This document shows, piece after piece, positions 26,401 through 35,400 of a stretch of DNA of 64,000 nucleotides. Numbering within the stretch: position 1 is the first letter of the stretch; every line of letters begins with the position of its first letter. This DNA is from Patescibacteria group bacterium (GTDB lineage Bacteria; Patescibacteriota; Patescibacteriia; UBA10025; JAHIVO01), in contig JBMOKY010000001.1 in assembly GCA_049325535.1 (NCBI GenBank), positions 877,942-941,941 of the forward strand, in the 5' to 3' direction. The notes beneath the pieces were generated by a model. That model saw nothing but the letters and a program-made list of their open reading frames with translations, had not been told where the DNA came from and did not search any database. Position numbers and translations under genes: made by a program.

Positions 26401-29400
26401 CCGATGGTGGTGATGCCACCAGCGCCGTTATTGCTGAAATCACCACCAATCGTCACGGATGGATCATAACCACTGGCGTCAGCGGTCAGCAAAAAATCGA
26501 AATCACTGTTTATCAAAGTCAGATTACCGGTAATATCCGGGGTTTGTGAACCCGCCGTACCGATGGTGACCTGGCGACTGGCGCCTCCGGGCATATAAAA
26601 TTCCACATCCCCGCCGTATGTCCGGTCGCTCATGATGGTATTGTTATTGGTACAATCGAACCGCAAGATAGAGCTAATCGTACCTGTCGTGGGAAATGCC
26701 GTCGCAGGCCGGTATGCAAGTCGTCCCGCGCCGGAAATAACCCCATTCAGGGTGAGGGACCCAGTCGAATTCAGAGTTACGGTCCGCCCGGACGGTATGC
26801 TCAGCGTATCGCTGGTATCAACAGTCATGGTATTTGACACGCTGAAATCGGTATTCTGAACCGTGACCGTACCGGTTCCCGAAGGATACACATCCAAATT
26901 ATATAATGTCTCATCATTCAGATCGAGCGTGACCGATGCCCCACCCACATACAAAGTACTGGTGCCAGCGCTCAGGGTCACATTGCTATTGACCGTCATA
27001 TTGGAATAAACTATCGTAGTGACGGCACTCTGCAGCGTATAGGTGGTGCTGCTGGATGGCTGGAGCTGGAGCGTACTATAAAAAGAATTATCCACGGTGA
27101 CGCTGGTACCAGTATACCGCACGATGGAGTTATTCACAGGCTGGCCAGCGAGGATGGCGTCCATGGGTGTGCCGCTGGACATGGTCAAAATAATCAGTTT
27201 GTCATTGGGGTCGATCACATGAGTCCAGGTTTCCAGATTGAAACAAGTATCAGTAGTCAGCGTGCCGGAAAAAGTAAATGAACCAGCGCCGGTAAATGAT
27301 GATGTTTTGCTGCCGCACGAGGCATGCGTAAACTCCATGCTGCTAAACGACCAATCTTCCGCGCCACCGATAGTTGACGTGTAGGGAAACGTCATGGTGC
27401 CGCCGGTCATAGCTACCGTACCGTTACCGGTTAGACTGCTCAGAATAGTGAAATCCCCCGTACCATCCATCGTGCCATTGACCGTCACTGTGCTAGTCAT
27501 GCTGGTCGCGTCCACGTGGAGTGCGGCGGGATCTGACAGTACATTGGCAATAGTAATACCGCCGCTGAAATACGTCGTCCCGGCATCGAACCACATCTCC
27601 GACCCATCTTCCAAATATAACTGGGAGCCGCCACCAGTGTTGATCTTACCACCCGGATCAAACGAATCACCGGACCATAGGAGTAAGTTTCGACCACTGT
27701 CGAGCTGCAGATATCCAGCATCATAGTAGATCACGCCCGCGTCGCCATTATCAGCAGCGAGCATGTCCGCATTGGTCATTGGTCCGGCGTTTTCGTGCCG
27801 GACGATGATCCAATTGTCATACAGCCGGGCGCCAGTGATGGCGGATGACGTATCGGCCGCCAGAGTCACGAAATTTGCCTGGATTGACTCCCCGCTGTCG
27901 ATATACAGGATGATGGGATCGCCGGCGCTCGATGGGGGCAATACACTGATACTGAATGTGCCGTCGCCGGAAGTACAGGTCGCCGTGTCAGCCGACTCAC
28001 CATTGGTCGCGCCATGGATCGTGATGTTATTTGCGCTGCAATTGTACAGCGTCGAACCTTGATCAGAATATATCGCGCCGCTAACCGTAACTCCAGTGAA
28101 TATCCAGCAGTTATTACTGCCGCCGTCATTGCTGGTGCCGTCATAGGCGCGGATCGAATCCCCGCCGCAGGCGCTGGAATTACTGGGATTGGCGTAGCGG
28201 ACTGACTGAGTGCCGGTCACTACCAGATTCCATGACCCTACCCCGCTGGATCGGGCCAGATCGATGCGCGTACCTACCGCCTGCCCGTTGATATTGATAT
28301 TCACCCACGTATGGGTGGTGCCACCGACGAACCCGAGATTCGTATTTGCCGTGGTAGCGGTGAAGGTGCCATCCACGTCAGTGGAGGAACTGAAGACGAC
28401 GCCACCGACCGAGGCATTGGTCACGATCAGATCATAAAATGAATTGACTCCCGTCAGGGTACCCGTGATGGTCTGGGTGCTGGTGCCATTCAGCGTGATA
28501 GTCGCCGTACCGGAGCTAAAATTACCGTCAACCGACATATTCCCGCCGATACTCATGGAGCTCCATCCCTGCAGCGAATCGCCAGACGGCAATGTGAAGC
28601 TGCCGGTAATGGTCACGGTCGGAGGTGTCATTTCTACCAAATTCGAACCTGATGGAGAATTCGATGAAAAATTCCCGCTGACGGTCAGTGTACCCGCGCC
28701 AGCTTCAAAAAGCCTGCTTCCTCCGCTGTTATTGTATAATTCCAAATCCCCGCCGTACGCCCGGGCGACAAACAATGTATCGTCAACCGGTCCGGCGGTC
28801 GCGTCGAGCCGGACGTCCACATCCAGCGTACCACCGGCGTCCAGATTTGCCGTGTCAGTGAATACTAATAACCCAGCGCCATTGATCGTACCATCACTCA
28901 GCCACAGCGGCGAGCCGGTAGTGACCGACCGACCGGAATTGATAGTCAGCGTGCTCCCGGACGAGACAATCAAGTAATTAGAGGTGGTAAAATCAGTATT
29001 GGCTACGGTAACGGTGTTATTCGTCCCATTCACATACACTCGATAAAACGTCTTACCGCCTGCATCTATGGTCTTCCCGTCACCAGCCATCTGCAGAGCT
29101 GTGCCTGACGTATGGGAAAAACTAACTAATGTGTCGATATATAAATCGCCATACAAACTGCCACCATTGAGGGTGTAGGATGGGGTGCCGCTGGCCGGAT
29201 CCAGGCGGAGATTGTACAGTGTGCCGCCATATACGTCGGTCGCGGCCGTCCCCTCGAAACTAAATGTCGATGCCCCCCAAGAACTTATATTCAGTCCGTA
29301 GGTAGGCGCACCGGTGCCGGTGCCGCTGCCGGTAAAATGCCAGATCTTATCGCCCGTCGCCAGTCGCGCATAGTAGGCACACTCCATGCCACAGGAGCAA

Positions 29401-32400
29401 CTCTCCGAGGTGAGCTGATGGCTGACGGTCATTTCCCCGCTCCCCTGGGCGGTCATGGTGTAGCTGGCCGTACAGGCCCCACTGTAGCCGGCAGTCAAAT
29501 TATAAAATGTCCAGTTGGTATTCCCGGCGATGGTCGAGGTGTTCTGCACTTCCACGGTGCCGCCGGTCATATTGACGGTGCCATTACCGCTGAAGTCCCC
29601 CAGCACGGTGATATTGCTGGTACCCTGGATAGTGCCGCCATTGGCGGTGATATTCCCCGTCACATTCAGCGCGTTGCTCACCACCAGCGTACCCAGCGTC
29701 ATGGTCACATTGCTATTCACTGTCGTGGCGGAATTCAGCGTCCACTGCCCGCCGGAGCCATTGAACACCACCGTATTCACATCAGCATCCGTGGCGCTCG
29801 TGCTGTCGATGGTTTCGGTAGTGGTTGATTCAAAAGTAATCGTCTCGCTCGCGGCGTTATAATCCCCATTATTATCCCAGGACCCAGATACGGTCACCGA
29901 CGCGGCCGGGGTCAATTGCCCGTTGATTTCCACATCATGCGCTTCGAGCAAATCACTCCCGGTCAAATCCAGATGCGATCCCGACAGGATGCGTAGTTTA
30001 TCATCAGCATACACATCGTCATCGTCGACGGTAAACACCGGGCCATCCAGAGATGTCCAGCAGGAAAACATGATGTCCTCATCATTCACATTTTGATAGG
30101 TCGTCGCCGTACAGTGGCTATCCGTCAGCGTGGGATTGTCATCACTGCCGATAGTCAGTACGTGCGTATCGAGCACCATGCCGGTGATGTGGCCACTGCC
30201 GTCGTAAATGGTGATAGCCGTCGATTCGTTATCATTACCCACGTTATCAATCCATACATAGACCTCATCCCCGGATGACGGAGCGGTCACACCGGAAATC
30301 GTCCAGGTGCCGGAGGAAATCGTGGTCGTGGATCCTTGGAGGGTGCTATTGTACGCGTACCGTACGGTCGCGCCTTCATTGCCATTGGCCGTGCCAGATA
30401 TGGCAAACCCAAAATTCCAGTTCGTATTGGTGCCACAGTTGGTATTGGTGCCGTCATCGGCACCGATCTCACTGCCGCTTGATGCGTCAGACCGGGCCAC
30501 ATCGACATATGAGACAGCCGTCTGGGTTCCGGAAACATTGAGCAGCCACGTGCCGGAGGTCAGATTTGAATTCCGAAATACGATGAAGTTACCTACTGAA
30601 CCCGCCCAATTGATATTATTGACGGTGTACGTAGATCCGGAATTGTACTCTACTTCCACGCTGCCAGTGGTGATAGTGTAGGTGCCGGAGATGGTAGCCG
30701 CGGCTGCGAAATCGATGCTGGGGTTAAAAGACGTGGAGCACCCGGACCATGAACCGGCGGTGTTGGTCAGGATCAGATTATAAAAATTATTAGTCGAGGT
30801 AGTCATCGATCCGGACAATGTCTGCTTGGCAGTTCCGGACAGAGTGACTGTACCGAGATTATCGGTAAACGTACCATTATTGGTGTAGTCTCCTTTCAGG
30901 TCAAACGAACCGGTATTACTCGCTTCCCATACGGTACCCGTACCGATAGTCAATGCTTGAGTAATGGTAAATGTCGGATCGTAGGTATTCACCTGCACGG
31001 TCAGGGTCCCGGCACCCGCCCGGGTAGTGGTCACCCCTCCAGTAATGCTGAACGTGCGGCCGGCGGTATCCCCGAGGGTGATCGTCCGTGATGAAGCGGA
31101 ATTATTATACAGTTCCAAGATTTTACCCGACCCGACAAGCGTCCGGGTGCTGGCGGTGCCATTGACAGTGATGTCATTTGACGTGGCGTCCAGCCGAATA
31201 TTAGCACTGATCGAAGGACTGGCCGGCAGTGTCGATGCCTGGACGATGAGAGTCCCGTCGCCGCTGATGATAGAGGACGAATTATTAGCCAGTGAACCCG
31301 TGCTGGCCACCGTCGCGCTGTATGAACTGGCGATATCCAGCTGGGTAAGAGACGCGATGCTTAAGGTGTTGGTTACGGTCATATTTCCCGCTTGCATGTG
31401 TGCCACAGTTCCAAATCCGGTCAGGGAAAAATTATAAAACGAAGTACCATTTGGATACAGCGCGTCATCATCATCACCATCCATAGCCAGCGTATTGCCG
31501 GACGTGGCAGTATATGTCCCACCGGTGAAATCGACGATGTTGCTCACGGTCCACGTGCCTGTGCCGGAAGTGATAGACTCGCTTCCGCCACCGGTGCCAG
31601 TGAAGTCCAAATCACCGCCGATAGTCACCGTCGGATTATTGGTATTTGCCGCTACCGCCATCGTCTGGGTGCCGGCTGCCAGTACATGAAAATGCGCGCC
31701 TGAACCGGACAGAGTATAGGTGCCCGAGGCCAGGGTGGCCGTGCGCGTCCCGGCACTACTGCTGGAATAAAACTCTACCGGCCCAGCATACGTCCGGGCG
31801 TCGATGGTCGTCGATGCCACATCGCCACTCGTCGCGTCATAGCGAGTGATGGCACTCAAGGTACCGGTCGTCCCCGGACCACCGGCGCCATTCGGATAGA
31901 CTAGCCGTCCCGCACCGGATACCGTGCCATTGAGGGTGGTGTTGGCCGCATTGGTATGGGTCACGGTCCGGTCCGATCCGATGGAAAGCACATCATCAGT
32001 ATCGATATTCAGAGTATTGGTCACGGTCACATCATTCGAGCCGCCGACCGTCACCGTACCGACGGTACTGTCACCGATGGTCAGATTATAAAATGTGGTG
32101 TCGGTGGTGCCATTGATAGCGCCATTGCCCACCAGTTGCACCGTACTGGTACCACCGGTATACGTGCCGCCGTTATTGGTGAAATCACCGGTCACCGCCA
32201 TGGTATTGTCATTGCCATTGAATGTCTTGCCGGAACTGATGATAAATGACCCGGCTAAGTTTAAGGTCTGCGTGGTACTGTCATTAAATTTACTGTCCTC
32301 ATCGACCTGAAAATTATAAAACGAATGTGCCGCTGCCTGCACGTCATAATACGTCCGGGACGAGGAATCACCGCCGCCATTCAGCCCTAAATGCAGCGTG

Positions 32401-35400
32401 CCGCCACTGGGCGCCCCCCCAAGTCCATTACCCGTCACCAGCGTGGCAGTATTGTACACCAGGAAACCCCGAGCATAGAGATGGCCTCCAGTCATATAAA
32501 AATTGACGGTGCCAGGAGTGGTGTTTGCCCATTCCACGATGGCATTGTTCCCGGCATACACGCTGGCACCGGCCAGATAGGTGGTCGACCCGGCGCGCAG
32601 ACGGATATGCGAACTGTTTGCCGTATCGCCGGTGATGGTACCTGCGCTCCAATACCCCGTGCCGCCGGTGGCCTGGTACTCACCAGTAAATATGACACTG
32701 GCGCCAGTATCAAATATCAGCGTTCCGCCGCTGTGAGCGATGGTGCTGCCAGTTCCATTGCCCCAGACATTGACCGCTGTACTGATGGTCGTCGTGCCAT
32801 TGCTGACCAGGAGGTCATCGGCGATATTGATAGTGCCACCAGACAATGTCGTGGTACCGGTAGACGATAAATCTTCAACCAATCCATCGCCAATCGCAAA
32901 TGTGCCTCCGCTTACATTGAGCGTGCCTGTGACAGTGACACCGCTGTCACCATTGGCATTTGTCGAGTTTTGGACATTGAGCGTGGCGCCGGTATCGATG
33001 GTCGTGCTGCCGGCGATGGTATTGGTCGCGGTATCCAGGTACATGGTGGCACTATCATCCACATGCAGCGAACCGGTCCCCTGAGTGGTCACGGTGCCGT
33101 TCGGATCATACGTATCACCGGTCCAGAGGTGCAGTTCGAAATTTGAATCAACCGTCAGATTTGATGAGGCGACGTCGAATTTCACGTCGCTGTCTCCGCC
33201 CTCCCGGTCGCCTGACTCCAGATTCGCATTGGTGATGGATGCCCCATAATCGTTGCGCACGATGACGCGATTTTGGTACAGGTGGGCATTGGTCTGCGTG
33301 GTGCCATCGCTCTTGAATACCGTAGTCGCTTCTTCCGTCTCCTCATCCACAAATATGGTGATGACATCCCCGGCTGAGGCAGTCACGTTTGCTATGGTAT
33401 AGTCCCCGCTCGAGGTTTCTGCCGTGCACGCCCCGCCACCGCACGCGTTCGCATTGCCATTGACCCACAGTACGATGGTCTTTGCCGATGCGGTTATCTT
33501 GGTCGATCCTTCGTCAGAATACAGCGATCCGCCGATGCTGATGCCGCTGGCGGCACCGCAGCCGCTGGCATTGGTACACTCGGCCAGGATCACGTCGAAA
33601 TACTGCGGCTTGTGGTCAGTGCTGGCATTGAACGATGCGGTGATGGTATGCGTGTGGGTGCTACGCGCCACACCAGTGCCAGCAGCCGTACCGCCTGAAT
33701 TGGCGGATGGGGTTCCGGTATTGCCGCTGGTCTGATTGGCCATGCTATGGGTATCGGCTGATTGGGGGGTAGCGGAATAGCTAGATGACCCGCGGATGAA
33801 TTGGCCATTGTACGTCTGGCTGGCGCCAGACACCGTGGTCCAGCCAGTCGGCGGCGCGGCGTCCCACATGGCGATCATATTTTGCGGCACGCTATTGTCC
33901 GCCGTGGCCTGATAGATGAGCGACTGGATGTAGGAAGGTAAAGAGGTATATGAAGTGGAATTGGTAGCGGTAGGCGCGGTATGGGTATGAGTAAAAGATG
34001 CGGACCGGTACGTTGCCAAACCGATATCCTCATCAGCCGAGCCTGATGCGGCGGTCAGTGATCCCCAGGTCAGCGAATGGGTGTGCGTGTTGGCCGTCCC
34101 GCCAGTCGCGTGGGAATTATTTATTTTTACCATGCGGTCGTCCGCGCTACTGAATTGGGACCAGCTGCCGCTGGGTGTGGTATCGAAAAACACAAACGCA
34201 TTATTCGGAATGGTAGTGGGATCTGTGGAATTGCTTTTCCACAGGTAAAACGTGTAATTGAGCGGATCATTATTAGCGCTGCCCACCGTCAGACTATTGA
34301 TCCCATGGGTATGACTGGTCAACGACATGATGGAACAAAAATCAGAGCATCCATGGTCAGATACTTCCGTGGACGGCGCGCTGATAGTCTGGCCGGAGAC
34401 GGTGTGCGTGTGCGATGTCGCACCGCCCGAGGGCGGGGTAGCATCGGTACTGGCCGCACCACGAGGATAGTAGCCATTGTAGGTCGTATCAGTCGTCCAC
34501 CCGGTGGGTGCCGAGCTGGAATTCCCCAGTACAAACATATAGGCCGGATCGATGACCAGCTGCCAGGCGCGCGCCTCCTGCCACTCACCCACCTGCGCCG
34601 GGCCAAAAGCAAATAGTGCCGGACTTTTTTCTGGCGATTTGAATGCATAGGTCAGCTCGGTATCGCTTCCCGCTGCCAGATCCACCTCCCACACGATGGA
34701 ATGCACGATGGCCGACCCGGTGTCATACGGCTCCACGCGCCCGCCCTGACCCGGCTCCACCGTAAATTCACCCGGGATGAGCTCACGTACTATGCCGGCG
34801 AAATCATCGCGCGCATGTACCCGCAGCGTCATCGGCTGAGGCACATTCGGGAAAACGCGGGTGGGACCCTGCCGGGTAATATAATACGCCGGGTCCTCAG
34901 CTACGGTAAACGAATCAGTCAGCCGCCGCTCGTCCCCCTGTACCGCGGCAACGAGCTCCACGCTATATCGCCCGATAACGGTCGGCGTGTACACGGCCAC
35001 ATAGTCCGGTCCCTCGTAGACGTCTTTCACCGAGCAATAGTCGGTGACCGCAATCGACCCATCGGCTGACGACAGGATGGAGACGGTGCCCTGAGGATCA
35101 GTGATCCTGAGCAGCATGTCCGCGGTACAGACGATATGGCCGGTGTCATCCACCGCGCCGAGAGAAAACGTGACGTCCTGCCCGAGCCGGTACTGCGCCT
35201 GGTCGGTATTCATGGCCAGTCCGCCCCAGACAAACTCATAGACGACCTCCTTGGTCCGGCCATCCTGCTCCACTGCCACGGTCACCGAGTATTTGCCCGG
35301 CCGGGTAAATGAACCAGTGCCCACCGTCACCGCTGCGGTCGTGTCACCGCCAGATTCTGATTCGGTGACAGCGATTCGCGCGTCCTGGGTGGTGCCATTG